NCBI GenBank assembly: GCA_963770305.1
Contig: CAVYPB010000024.1
Coordinates: 10,543 to 74,542 of the forward strand
Source of the DNA: an uncultured Actinomycetota bacterium
GTDB taxonomy: Bacteria; Actinomycetota; Actinomycetes; Mycobacteriales; Mycobacteriaceae
Direction of reading: 5' to 3'
DNA length: 64,000 nt
Made by a program: the position numbers and the translations under genes. Below the pieces are notes generated by a model. It saw only the letters and a list, made by a program, of their open reading frames with translations. It ran no database searches and was not told where the DNA came from. Of the stretch, positions 19,686-29,002 are shown one piece after another. Within the stretch, counting starts at the first letter, position 1. Each line of letters begins with the position of its first letter.

Positions 19686-19759
19686 GTCAGTATCGTTTCA
19701 CCGCCCGTCGGCCATGTCCGTCGTATCGCCGTGCCATCTCCGACACGCAGTTTTGAGAC
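19686..19759 (-). repeat. 74-bp conserved upstream leader of cyclase copy B
   Basis: Matches 18142-18215. Confidence 0.85.
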
Positions 19760-19870
19760 GGTTCTGTCTCCAGATAAACCGACTGACCGGCAAGGATGGT
19801 CTTGGCCTGCGCCGATGCTTCCAAGGCGAAGTGCTGCACCGGCCCGAACGGCTCGGTGTGACGTCGCACG
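19760..19870 (-). pseudogene. Possible thermonuclease (SNase-like) remnant
   Basis: Frame reads PVQHFALEASAQAKTILAGQSVYLETEPSQ, resembling the remembered SNase-family pattern 'PVQ.FG.EAS...K..L.G..V.LE.D'; no start or catalytic context. Confidence 0.3.
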
Positions 19871-19897
19871 CCGCCGGAGGTGACGAGGCGGGAGGGT

Positions 19898-20053
19898 CTA
19901 TCGGTGAACCGCCACGATGGGCTCGTCGGCGTAGTTTTCCTGGTGTGTTTGGCGCGCGTCGTCTTGGTCGGCGGCGTAGACCGTCCGCGCGATGTGTGCG
20001 CCATCGCGGCCTTCGCTGATGACGATGAAAACGTCGTGCATTTTGCACGTCAT
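19898..20053 (-). CDS. Small hypothetical protein (47-51 aa)
   Basis: MTCKMHDVFIVISEGRDGAHIARTVYAADQDDARQTHQENYADEPIVAVHR; TGATG overlap with the upstream stop suggests translational coupling. Confidence 0.5.
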   Translation of the reverse strand: MTCKMHDVFIVISEGRDGAHIARTVYAADQDDARQTHQENYADEPIVAVHR

Positions 20054-20289
20054 CAGCCGACGCTGCCCGGTGTACCGACCGGAACCTGCACACCCACCCA
20101 GTTGCACGGCGTCCAGGTCCGCCACGCGACCAGCGCGCACTGCTGCTCGGGACTGAGCGGCGGCGCACACGGCGGCGTCGAGGGCCCTCCACACACGGCA
20201 GGGTCGGCCGACGCGGCACCCACACCCACGCAGCCGCCAACGATGATCGAGGCCGCGACGGCCCCGGTCACCAGCAATCGTTTCAACAT
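20053..20289 (-). CDS. Small secreted Cys-containing protein
   Basis: Signal peptide ending GAASA-DP; four Cys in the mature part (C-GGPSTPP-C, QQCAL, TPCNW). Confidence 0.7.
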   Translation of the reverse strand: MLKRLLVTGAVAASIIVGGCVGVGAASADPAVCGGPSTPPCAPPLSPEQQCALVAWRTWTPCNWVGVQVPVGTPGSVG

Positions 20290-20525
20290 GTCAAGCCCTG
20301 CCTTCTGTCGTTCTAGGTGCCTGCAACAATAGGAAATAAACGGCAATAATGTCAACAATCTGGTAACAAATTCCGAGTGACACGCCTCACAGCATGACCA
20401 ATGGCAAGACTGGCGAGCACGAACTTCAGCCCGTTGCCACCCACGTTGTTCCCCACCGGTTTGTCGGACGTGGTCATCGGGGTGCTGTCAGACTGAAGCC
20501 CACCAGCGGAAACGGGGGACTGGCG

Positions 20526-20978
20526 ATGGCGACGGTGTACGTGCTCACGGCGGGCAGCGGCGACAGCTACCGCATCGAACGGATCTACCTGGACAGCGAG
20601 GTGGCCTATCGGTTCGCCCAGGACTACAACGGCATCGCGCCGGTGGAACCGGTTCAGGTGGAGGAATGGCAGAGCGGTGCCCCGCCGGCCGTCTACGACG
20701 GCCCCTACTGGCGCGCGGAGTGGTGGGCGCGAGTCCCGGCCGCCAAGCGTCGCAGTGCGTTGCGGCACACCGACGAGGGCGAACGGTTCGACGACTTCGC
20801 CATCCGCCAGGAATGGTGGACCGGCGAGGCGCTGCCCGAGGCCAAGGTGGTGCGCCGGGAAGTGGCCGGGGTACCCAGGGTCGAGGTGGTGGGCCTGTCG
20901 AAAGAGAAGGTGGAGGAACTGTTCTGGGACACGGTCACCCAACTCAGGGCCGACCTGGCGGGCATAAAGAGGAAGTAA
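20526..20978 (+). CDS. Hypothetical protein, phage-like N-terminus
   Basis: MATVYVLTAGSGDSYRIERIY...; GGGGGA RBS; resemblance to small phage proteins is from memory. Confidence 0.7.
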   Translation: MATVYVLTAGSGDSYRIERIYLDSEVAYRFAQDYNGIAPVEPVQVEEWQSGAPPAVYDGPYWRAEWWARVPAAKRRSALRHTDEGERFDDFAIRQEWWTGEALPEAKVVRREVAGVPRVEVVGLSKEKVEELFWDTVTQLRADLAGIKRK

Positions 20979-21059
20979 CTTCCGCTGTTTTGTGCGGCAG
21001 GCGGAAAGAAACGTGCATGTCCGTTCGACATTGCCGCCCAGATGCGTCATCATCGATCT

Positions 21060-21512
21060 ATGGACCGACGTGACCTGGAACGGCTCGGCCACCACGTCGT
21101 GAGCCGTCGCGTGGCACTGGGCTACCGGAACCGCACCGATTTGGCCAGCAGCCTGCAGTTCACCGTGCGCACGCTGGCCGACATCGAGCACGGCGTGCGC
21201 AAGGCCAGCGCGGGCACCTACGCCATCTTGGAGAACAAGCTGGGCTGGGCACCGGGCAGCATCGACACCATCCTCGCCGGAGGAGAACCCAAGGAAACCG
21301 TCGTCGAACTGCGACGCAGCAACACCACTGCCCCCGCTCAGGGATACGCGCTGCGCCCGATCAACCCCAACGCCCTGTCGCAGGTGTCCACCGAGGAGTT
21401 GCTACTCGAGCTCCGACGCCGCATCATCGCCCCCCGCGACACACGCCACAACACCTGGGACGACTGGGATGGCGGCCTCGACCCGCACGGCGACTGGCCC
21501 GAAGAGGGTTAA
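21060..21512 (+). CDS. XRE/Cro-C1 helix-turn-helix protein resembling actinophage repressors
   Basis: 'LGHHVVSRRVALGYRNRTDLA...RTLADIEHG...LGWAPGSIDTILAGGEP' and 'STEELLLELRRR'. Confidence 0.8.
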   Translation: MDRRDLERLGHHVVSRRVALGYRNRTDLASSLQFTVRTLADIEHGVRKASAGTYAILENKLGWAPGSIDTILAGGEPKETVVELRRSNTTAPAQGYALRPINPNALSQVSTEELLLELRRRIIAPRDTRHNTWDDWDGGLDPHGDWPEEG

Positions 21513-21589
21513 TAGGGCGAGCGTGCTGTACGCAAGGCATTGACCTCGTCCCTGAATGCCGAGTCTCCCGCTCGCCGAGATTTCCGACG

Positions 21590-21985
21590 ATGGCGAACAA
21601 GCCAGAGTTGAGCGTCCGGATCCCTGCGCGGTGACCTGTTGAAGCTCGCCCGTCGCTCGGCCCAAATCAGACCTCCCCCGCCGGCGAAGCGGTTGTGCGG
21701 GCCGTCGCGGGTGAAGCGTCGAGTAATGCTCAGATGGCCGCGGCGAGCCGGCAGTTCTGGGCCGAGCGCCTGCAGTTCGACCGGATGATCCTGCAGCGGG
21801 CACGCGACCGCGGCGAGATCGCAGCGAGCGCGCAATACCGACCTGTTATCGAGGTGCTGCTCGGCCCGCTTTACTTTCGGTTGCTCGTCACTGGCGAGCC
21901 GCTCGACGACGGATTTATCGAGTCCGTCGTCCAACTCGTGTACACGGCGTGCACGGCCGACAGACCGAGAGCTAAGCGCGGCTGA
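21590..21985 (+). pseudogene. TetR C-terminal ligand-binding domain remnant (HTH deleted, internal frameshift)
   Basis: GSLRGDLLKLARR (from 21618), a frame change near 21670, then SPAGEAVVRAVAGE...RARDRGEI...VIEVLLGPLYFRLLVTGEPLDD; runs 14 bp into the hisS end. Confidence 0.7.
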
Positions 21986-23237
21986 GGCGCGAAAGCACTT
22001 CGGCGAGAACGGCGTCGACCGGTACGTCGACCTGCTCGCCGGTCGACAGGTTCTTCACCCCGATCGTGCCCGCCTCGATGTCGCGGTCACCGGCGACCAG
22101 TGCGATCGAGGCGCCCGAGCGGTCCGCGGCGCGCATCGCGCCCTTGACGCCACGGTCGCCGTACGCAATGTCGACGCGCACACCGGCCGCCCGTAGCCGT
22201 GCGGCCAGCACGGCCAGCTTCAACTTTGCCTGCTCGCCGAGTGGCACGCCGAACACATCAACGCGCGTGGTCCCGCCGACCGTCTTGCCCTCGGCCTTGA
22301 GCGCCAGCAGCGTCCGATCGACACCGAGGCCAAACCCGATGCCCGACAAGTCTTTTCCGCCGAGCTGGCGCATCAGCCCGTCGTAGCGGCCGCCACCGCC
22401 GATACCGGACTGTGCCCCCAGCCCGTCGTGCACGAACTCGAACGTGGTCTTGGTGTAGTAATCCAGGCCGCGCACCATCCGTGGGTTGGTGACATACGGG
22501 ATGTCTAACGCGTCCAGATGCGCGAGCACGGTCTCGAAGTGCTGCTTGGCGACATCGGAGAGGTGATCCAGCATCACCGGCGCGTCGGCGGTCATTTCCC
22601 GCATCTCCGGGCGCTTGTCGTCGAGCACCCGCAACGGGTTCAACCGAACGCGTCGCTGTGTTTCTTCGTCGAGGTCGAGCTTGAACAGAAAGTCCTGCAA
22701 CAGTTCCCGGTACTGCGGCCGGCAGCTGTCGTCGCCCAGCGACGTGATCTCCAACCGGAACCCTTCGAGCCCCAGCGAGCGAAAACCGGCGTCGGCCACC
22801 GCGATCACCTCGGCGTCCAGCGCGGGGTCGTCAACACCGATCGCCTCCACTCCGACCTGCTGCAGTTGCCGGTAGCGGCCGGCCTGCGGGCGCTCGTAGC
22901 GGAAGAACGGCCCGGCGTAGCAGAGCTTCACGGGAAGCGGCCCGCGGTCGAGGCCGTGCTCGATCACCGCACGCATCACACCCGCGGTGCCCTCCGGGCG
23001 CAGCGTCACCGAGCGGTCGCCGCGGTCGTTGAAGGTGTACATCTCCTTCGACACCACGTCGGTGGACTCCCCCACGCCGCGGGCGAACAGTGCGGTGTCC
23101 TCGAAAATCGGCAGTTCGATGTCGCCGTAGCCAGCACGCCGGGCGGCATCGAGCAGGCCGTCGCGTACACCGACGAATTGCGCCGAGTCGGGCGGCAGGT
23201 AATCCGGGACGCCCTTGGGCGCCTGAAATTCGCTCAC
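21972..23237 (-). CDS. hisS: Histidyl-tRNA synthetase
   Basis: [37 protein letters not shown]. Confidence 0.98.
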   Translation of the reverse strand: MSEFQAPKGVPDYLPPDSAQFVGVRDGLLDAARRAGYGDIELPIFEDTALFARGVGESTDVVSKEMYTFNDRGDRSVTLRPEGTAGVMRAVIEHGLDRGPLPVKLCYAGPFFRYERPQAGRYRQLQQVGVEAIGVDDPALDAEVIAVADAGFRSLGLEGFRLEITSLGDDSCRPQYRELLQDFLFKLDLDEETQRRVRLNPLRVLDDKRPEMREMTADAPVMLDHLSDVAKQHFETVLAHLDALDIPYVTNPRMVRGLDYYTKTTFEFVHDGLGAQSGIGGGGRYDGLMRQLGGKDLSGIGFGLGVDRTLLALKAEGKTVGGTTRVDVFGVPLGEQAKLKLAVLAARLRAAGVRVDIAYGDRGVKGAMRAADRSGASIALVAGDRDIEAGTIGVKNLSTGEQVDVPVDAVLAEVLSRLSRA

Positions 23238-23899
23238 TAGGTCAAGCCTTCGAGGAACGGGTTGGTGCGGCGTTCGAAGCCGATCGTGGTCTTTTCGCCG
23301 TGCCCCGGTAGTACCACGGTGTCGTCATCGAGCACCAATAGTTTTGTCACGATCGAGCCGAGCAGGTCGCGGCCGCTGCCCCCGGGCAGATCGGTGCGGC
23401 CCACCGATTGGCGGAACAACGTGTCGCCGCTGAAGACGACCTCCTCCGGTCCATCGGAGACCCGGAACACGACGGAGCCGCGCGTGTGTCCGGGCGTGTG
23501 GTCGACGGTCACCGTCACATCACCCACATCTACCTTGTCGCCGTCGCGGTCCAGCTCGACAACCTGTTTGGGTTCGCGGAACAGCGCACCGAACGCGATC
23601 TGGGCCAGCCGGGGCCCGAAGTCTTTGATCGGATCGGTCAGCATGAATCGGTCTTCGGGATGGATGTAGGCGGGGCAGCCGTACATGTCGGCCACCTTCT
23701 GCGCCGACCAGATGTGGTCCACGTGGCCATGCGTCAACAACACCGCCGCCGGGGTGAGGTGGTTTTCGTCGAGGATCTGCCGCAGCTGTCCCATCGCCCG
23801 CTGGCCCGGGTCGACGATGATCGCGTCGGCGCCGGTTCCCTTGGCAAGCACGTAGCAATTGCACGCCAACATGCCTGCCGGGAATCCGGTGATCAACAC
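23237..23899 (-). CDS. MBL-fold metallohydrolase (Rv2581c-like, glyoxalase II family)
   Basis: THGHVDH, HTPGHT, FSGDTLF, LPGHG. Confidence 0.93.
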   Translation of the reverse strand: MLITGFPAGMLACNCYVLAKGTGADAIIVDPGQRAMGQLRQILDENHLTPAAVLLTHGHVDHIWSAQKVADMYGCPAYIHPEDRFMLTDPIKDFGPRLAQIAFGALFREPKQVVELDRDGDKVDVGDVTVTVDHTPGHTRGSVVFRVSDGPEEVVFSGDTLFRQSVGRTDLPGGSGRDLLGSIVTKLLVLDDDTVVLPGHGEKTTIGFERRTNPFLEGLT

Positions 23900-24005
23900 G
23901 GCGTCCAGTGTTCCATCTCCTGTTCATCAGGGTCGCGACCCCCGCATTCAGCAACGCCTGGCACACTCGTTGCCGACCTACCAGATCGCGAGGAGGAGAG
24001 CGGCG

Positions 24006-24884
24006 GTGCCGACCAACGAACAACGGCGTGCAACGGCAAAGCGCAAGCTCGAGCGACAGCTGGAGCGCCGGGCGGCGAAGGAACGCCAGCGCCGCATCTA
24101 CACGATCGTCGGATCCGCGGTGGCCGTGATCGTCGTGATCGGCGCGATCGTGGCCACCGTCGTCATCACCAACCGCGACTCCGATAGCAAGACCGCGTCG
24201 GCGGCCACGACAACGCCGACGACCGCCACCAGCGCCGCCCCGTCGGCGCCAGGGCAGCTGCCCGCCTTCGCAGCGCCGGCCAACCTGGGCGCCAACTGCC
24301 AGTACCCGCCCGCGGAGAAGGCGAGCAAGCCGAACAATCCGCCCCGCACCGGCAAGGTCCCGACCGACCCGGGGCAGATCAGCGCCAGCATGGCGACCAA
24401 CCAGGGCAATATCGGGCTGCAGCTCGACAACGCCAAGTCGCCGTGCACGGTGAACAGCTTCGCCAGCCTGGCCCAGCAGGGTTTCTTCAACGACACGCCG
24501 TGCCACCGGCTGACCACCTCCGAGGGGCTGGCCGTGCTGCAGTGTGGCGACCCGACAGGCCAGGGCAGCGGCGGGCCGGGCTACCAGTTCGACAACGAGT
24601 ACCCGACCAACCAGTTCCAGCCCGACGATCCAAAGCTAGGCCAGCCGGTGGTGTATCCGCGAGGCACGCTTGCGATGGCCAACGCGGGCCCTGGCACCAA
24701 CGGCAGCCAGTTCTTCCTGGTGTACAAGGATTCGGAGCTGCCGCCCAATTACACGGTGTTCGGCACCATCGACCAGACCGGCCTGACCACCCTGGACAAG
24801 ATCGCCGCGGCAGGCACCGCCGACGGAAGCCAGGACGGCAAGCCGAAGGACGACGTTCAGGTCAAGTCGATCCTGCTCGACTGA
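24006..24884 (+). CDS. ppiB: Membrane-anchored cyclophilin-type peptidyl-prolyl isomerase
   Basis: MPTNEQRR start (GTG 24006), TM helix, CHRLTT...LQCGDP, MANAGPGTNGSQFF; syntenic with Rv2582. Confidence 0.93.
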   Translation: MPTNEQRRATAKRKLERQLERRAAKERQRRIYTIVGSAVAVIVVIGAIVATVVITNRDSDSKTASAATTTPTTATSAAPSAPGQLPAFAAPANLGANCQYPPAEKASKPNNPPRTGKVPTDPGQISASMATNQGNIGLQLDNAKSPCTVNSFASLAQQGFFNDTPCHRLTTSEGLAVLQCGDPTGQGSGGPGYQFDNEYPTNQFQPDDPKLGQPVVYPRGTLAMANAGPGTNGSQFFLVYKDSELPPNYTVFGTIDQTGLTTLDKIAAAGTADGSQDGKPKDDVQVKSILLD

Positions 24885-24891
24885 CTCAGCC

Positions 24892-25893
24892 ATGACCACT
24901 CCGCCCCCGTACGGCGCGTACCCGCCGCCACCGCCGGGCGCCTACGCGGAGTACTACGGCTATCCGCGGCCGACCAACACGCTGGCCATCGTGTCGTTGG
25001 TGTGCGCGTTCCTCTTCGCACCGCTGGGCGTCATCTTCGGCCACATTTCGCTGTCGCAGATCAAGAAGACCGGCGAGGAGGGCCGCGGGCTGGCCATCGC
25101 GGGGCTCGTCATCAGCTACATGATCACGGTCCTGACCATCGTGGTGGTGGCACTGAGCGTGTTGTTCTTCGTCCAAGTCGCGCATGACCTCGAGCGCCTG
25201 GACGGCCTGACCCCGCGGTACCCGGACTTCACCGCGACCCCGTCACCGCCGGTCGATAACACGCTGCCGCCGTTCGACCCGCCGAAGACGTTGGGCTCCA
25301 ACTGCCAATATCCGGCGACGACGGAACCGGCGAGTAAGCCCGTCAAGCCGCCGCAGAACGGCCGGATCGCGACCGATCCGGCCCTCATCCGCGCAACCAT
25401 CACCACCAGTGAGGGCAGCGTCGGGCTGGAGTTGGACAACGGCAAGACACCGTGCACGGTCAACAACTTCACGAGCCTGGCCAAGCAGGGATTCTTCGAC
25501 AACACCACGTGCCACCGGTTGACCACCTCGACCGAACTTGGCGTGCTGCGGTGTGGTGATCCGACCAGCACCGGCACCGGCGGGCCGGGCTACCGGTTCC
25601 CGAACGAATACCCCACCAATCAGTATCGGCTGACCGATCCCGCGTTGAAGGTCCCGGTGCTCTACCCTCGCGGCACGCTGGCCATGGCCAACACCGGGCC
25701 CGGCACCAACGGCAGCCAGTTCTTCCTGGTGTACAAGGATTCGCAGCTGCCGCCGACCTACACCGTGTTCGGCACCATCGACGGCGCCGGGCTGGCGACG
25801 TTGGACAAGGTCGCCGCGGGTGGCGTTGCCGGCGGGAGCGACGACGGCAAGCCGGTGGTTGACGCGACGATCAAGTCAGTGCACGTCGGCTGA
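24892..25893 (+). CDS. Second cyclophilin with an N-terminal DUF4190-like membrane hairpin
   Basis: TNTLAIVSLVCAFL...GHISLSQIKKTGEEGRGLAIAGL, then a cyclophilin domain paralogous to ppiB. Confidence 0.9.
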   Translation: MTTPPPYGAYPPPPPGAYAEYYGYPRPTNTLAIVSLVCAFLFAPLGVIFGHISLSQIKKTGEEGRGLAIAGLVISYMITVLTIVVVALSVLFFVQVAHDLERLDGLTPRYPDFTATPSPPVDNTLPPFDPPKTLGSNCQYPATTEPASKPVKPPQNGRIATDPALIRATITTSEGSVGLELDNGKTPCTVNNFTSLAKQGFFDNTTCHRLTTSTELGVLRCGDPTSTGTGGPGYRFPNEYPTNQYRLTDPALKVPVLYPRGTLAMANTGPGTNGSQFFLVYKDSQLPPTYTVFGTIDGAGLATLDKVAAGGVAGGSDDGKPVVDATIKSVHVG

Positions 25894-26190
25894 CATCGCC
25901 TCGGCCCACGCCGTATGTCCTTCGAAGCCAAGCGAAGTCGCCATCGCTCGGAAGCGATCCGACAATTCCCCGTAAGCACCGTGATCGCCGCGAGCATGAG
26001 CGACGAGCGCTCGTAGTCGCAGCAGCATGATGTCCCGCATCACCAGCCCCTCGTCGGCCGGCGCAGCCGCCAGCCGATCGATGGCGGCCGCGGCTTCAGC
26101 CGCGTCTCCGTCCGCGTGGCGGCCCAGCAGGACCTCTACCAAGGTGGTAGTCGCCGGGATAGCCCACGAGAGTTGATTGTTGTCGAAGGC
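25876..26190 (-). pseudogene. Orphan 3' tail of a cyclase-ATPase gene
   Basis: ATTTLVEVLL...AIDRLAA.P...LLRLRAL...RAMATSLGFEGHTAWAEAM aligns with the C-terminus of 5759-8929 (AIDRLAAVP...LLRLRSL...RAMATELGFEGHIALAEAM). Confidence 0.85.
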
Positions 26191-26205
26191 CCGGCTCGCG
26201 CCGTG

Positions 26206-26499
26206 CTACTTGCTCGGTTCGGTCTTGATGTAGAACTCGACGTTGTCGCCCTCGACCTTGGTGACCTTCATGTGGGCGGTGTAGTCCTTGCCCTTGGGTC
26301 CGGTGAAGTGGCACTCGAACTCCTTACCGACCTCGGCGTCGACGCCCGACGGACACTTGACGTCCTCGGGCTTGAAGCCGGTCTGCTTCGACACGAGGTC
26401 GGTGACGGAACGGGCCGCTCCCTCCGGCTTGATCGTGGAACCACAACCGGCCAACACCATCGCCAGCGAAGCGACTAAGACCACCGATGCAGTGCGCAT
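26206..26499 (-). CDS. DUF4333-like lipoprotein
   Basis: Lipobox LAGC; 'VKCPSGVDAEVGKEFECHF'. Confidence 0.8.
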   Translation of the reverse strand: MRTASVVLVASLAMVLAGCGSTIKPEGAARSVTDLVSKQTGFKPEDVKCPSGVDAEVGKEFECHFTGPKGKDYTAHMKVTKVEGDNVEFYIKTEPSK

Positions 26500-26550
26500 C
26501 GCCGCAGTATTCCAGACAACGCAAACCACCAGGCAAATTTTGTGCAGCCA

Positions 26551-28899
26551 CTAGGCCGCGGAGGTCACGCGGTAGACGTCGTAAACGCCCTCCACGTTGC
26601 GCACCACGTTCAGCACGTGTCCCAGATGCTTCGGGTCGCCCATCTCGAACGTGAACCGGCTGATGGCCACCCGATCGTTGGACGTCGTCACCGATGCGGA
26701 CAGGATGTTGACCTTCTCGTCGGCCAGCACGCGGGTCACGTCGGAGAGCAGCCGGTGCCGGTCCAGCGCCTCGACCTGGATGGCGACCAGGAACACCGAC
26801 GACGACGACGGCGCCCACTGCACGTCGATGATCCGCTCCGACTGTTGTTGCAGCGACGCGGCATTCGTGCAGTCGGTGCGGTGCACGCTCACTCCGCCGC
26901 CGCGGGTGACGAAGCCCATGATGTCGTCGCCGGGTACCGGCGTGCAGCACTTGGCCAGCTTCGTAAGCACCCCGGGTGCACCCGGCACTGCCACGCCGAC
27001 GTCGTCATTTGTGCGCTGACGCACCGGCATGGTCGTGGGCGTCGAGCGTTCGGCGAGCTCGTCGGCGGCTTCCTCATCGCCGCCGAGCTGGGCTACCAGC
27101 CGCTGCACCACGTGCCGCGCCGAGACGTGCCCCTCCCCCACCGCGGTGTACAACGCCGAAACATCAGTGTAGCGCAATTCGCGGGCCAACGCCGCCATCG
27201 ACTCGCCATTCATCAAGCGCTGCAAGGGAAGTCCACTTCGGCGTACCTCACGCCCGATCGCGTCCTTACCTGCCTCGAGCGCCTCCTCGCGGCGCTCCTT
27301 GGCGAACCATTGGCGGATCTTCGCCTTCGCCCGAGGCGACACCACGAAGGTCTGCCAGTCCCGCGACGGACCGGCGTTCGGCGCCTTCGACGTGAAAACC
27401 TCGACCACTTCGCCGTTTTCGAGTTTGCGTTCCAGCGCGACCAGCCTGCCGTTGACTCTGGCGCCGATGCAGCGGTGGCCAACCTCGGTGTGCACCGCGT
27501 AGGCAAAGTCGACAGGGGTCGAGCCCGTCGGGAGCGTGATCAGATCGCCCTTCGGCGTGAACACGAAGATCTCTTGCACCGCAAGGTCGTAACGCAGGGC
27601 CTCCAGGAACTCGCCGGGATCGGCGGCCTCCCGCTGCCAGTCCAACAGCTGACGCATCCAGGCCATGTCGTCGATCTCTGCCGCGGCGTGCGGATGCGGA
27701 ACGTTGCGTCCCTTGGATTCCTTGTACCGCCAGTGCGCGGCGATACCGTATTCCGCGGTTTTGTGCATTTCCTCGGTGCGGATCTGCACTTCCAGCGGCT
27801 TGCCCTCGGGACCGACAACCGTGGTGTGCAGTGACTGGTACACGCCGTACCGCGGTTGGGCGATGTAGTCCTTGAACCGGCCCGCAATAGGCTGCCACAG
27901 CGAATGCACCACGCCCACAGCGGCATAACAGTCGCGGATCTCGTCGCAGAGGATGCGCACCCCCACCAGGTCGTGAATGTCGTCGAACTCGCGACCCTTG
28001 ACGATCATCTTCTGATAGATCGACCAATAGTGCTTGGGCCTGCCCTCCACGGACGCGTTGATCTTCATCGCGTTCAGCGCGGAGTTGATCTCGTCGCGCA
28101 CCTTGGCCAGGTAGATGTCGCGCGACGGCGCCCGGTCGGCGACCAGCCGGACGATCTCCTCGTACTTCTTCGGGTGCAGAATCGCGAACGACAGGTCCTC
28201 GAGCTCCCACTTCACCGTGGCCATACCCAGCCGATGTGCCAGCGGCGAAATGACTTCCAGCGTCTCGCGAGCCTTGCGGGCCTGCTTCTCCGGGGGCAGG
28301 AAGCGCATGGTGCGCATGTTGTGCAGCCGGTCGGCCACCTTGATCACCAGCACCCGCCCGTCGCGCGCCATCGCGATGATCATCTTGCGGATCGTCTCGG
28401 CGTCGGCGGCGGTTCCCAGCGTCACCTTGTCCAGCTTGGTGACACCGTCGACGAGATGTGCCACCTCCTCACCGAAGTCGGCGGTCAGCGCCTCCATCGT
28501 GTAGCCGGTGTCCTCGACGGTGTCGTGCAACAACGCGGCGACCAGCGTGGTGGTGTCCATGCCGAGCTCGGCCAGGATGTTGGCGACAGCGAGCGGATGG
28601 GTGATGTACGGGTCGCCGGAGCGGCGCAACTGGTCAGCATGCCGCTCCTCGGCCACCTCGTACGCCTTCTGCAGCAGCGACACGTTGGCCTTCGGGAAGC
28701 TCTCCTTGTGCACGGCGACCAGCGGCTCGAGCACCGGGTTGACGGCGCTGCGCTGGGCGGTCATCCGGCGGGCCAGCCGAGCCCGCACCCGCCGTGACGC
28801 GCTCGTCGAGGTCTTGGGGATCTCCAGCGGCTGCGTTTCGGGGATCTGGGCAGCCGGGGGCGACTCCACGGCCTGTCCCGTGCCGGGATCGTCAGCCAT
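26551..28899 (-). CDS. rel: Bifunctional (p)ppGpp synthetase/hydrolase Rel
   Basis: LLHDTVEDT (HD), [27 protein letters not shown] and ACT domains. Confidence 0.98.
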   Translation of the reverse strand: MADDPGTGQAVESPPAAQIPETQPLEIPKTSTSASRRVRARLARRMTAQRSAVNPVLEPLVAVHKESFPKANVSLLQKAYEVAEERHADQLRRSGDPYITHPLAVANILAELGMDTTTLVAALLHDTVEDTGYTMEALTADFGEEVAHLVDGVTKLDKVTLGTAADAETIRKMIIAMARDGRVLVIKVADRLHNMRTMRFLPPEKQARKARETLEVISPLAHRLGMATVKWELEDLSFAILHPKKYEEIVRLVADRAPSRDIYLAKVRDEINSALNAMKINASVEGRPKHYWSIYQKMIVKGREFDDIHDLVGVRILCDEIRDCYAAVGVVHSLWQPIAGRFKDYIAQPRYGVYQSLHTTVVGPEGKPLEVQIRTEEMHKTAEYGIAAHWRYKESKGRNVPHPHAAAEIDDMAWMRQLLDWQREAADPGEFLEALRYDLAVQEIFVFTPKGDLITLPTGSTPVDFAYAVHTEVGHRCIGARVNGRLVALERKLENGEVVEVFTSKAPNAGPSRDWQTFVVSPRAKAKIRQWFAKERREEALEAGKDAIGREVRRSGLPLQRLMNGESMAALARELRYTDVSALYTAVGEGHVSARHVVQRLVAQLGGDEEAADELAERSTPTTMPVRQRTNDDVGVAVPGAPGVLTKLAKCCTPVPGDDIMGFVTRGGGVSVHRTDCTNAASLQQQSERIIDVQWAPSSSSVFLVAIQVEALDRHRLLSDVTRVLADEKVNILSASVTTSNDRVAISRFTFEMGDPKHLGHVLNVVRNVEGVYDVYRVTSAA

Positions 28900-28915
28900 G
28901 GTCACCTCCTCGTCT

Positions 28916-28976
28916 GCTCTTCGCGCAAGCGCTCATCGCCCTCGTCCGCTCTTCGCGCAAGCGCTCATCGCCCTCG
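28916..28976. repeat. Tandem MIRU-like repeat, two identical 29-bp units with a 32-bp period
   Basis: GCTCTTCGCGCAAGCGCTCATCGCCCTCG at 28916-28944 and 28948-28976, between apt and rel. Confidence 0.9.
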
Positions 28977-29002
28977 AACCAGGCAGACTTCGAGGATATC
29001 GC

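Noticed and set aside
18206-19759. GTTTTGAGAC at 18206 and 19750 resembles the end of a type II CRISPR repeat
   Set aside because: Only two copies, 1.5 kb apart and part of the duplicated cyclase leader; no spacer array and no cas genes.
17300-21970. Whole block as a prophage or integrative element
   Set aside because: No integrase, transposase, att-like direct repeats, tRNA or structural genes seen; better described as a decaying accessory patchwork.
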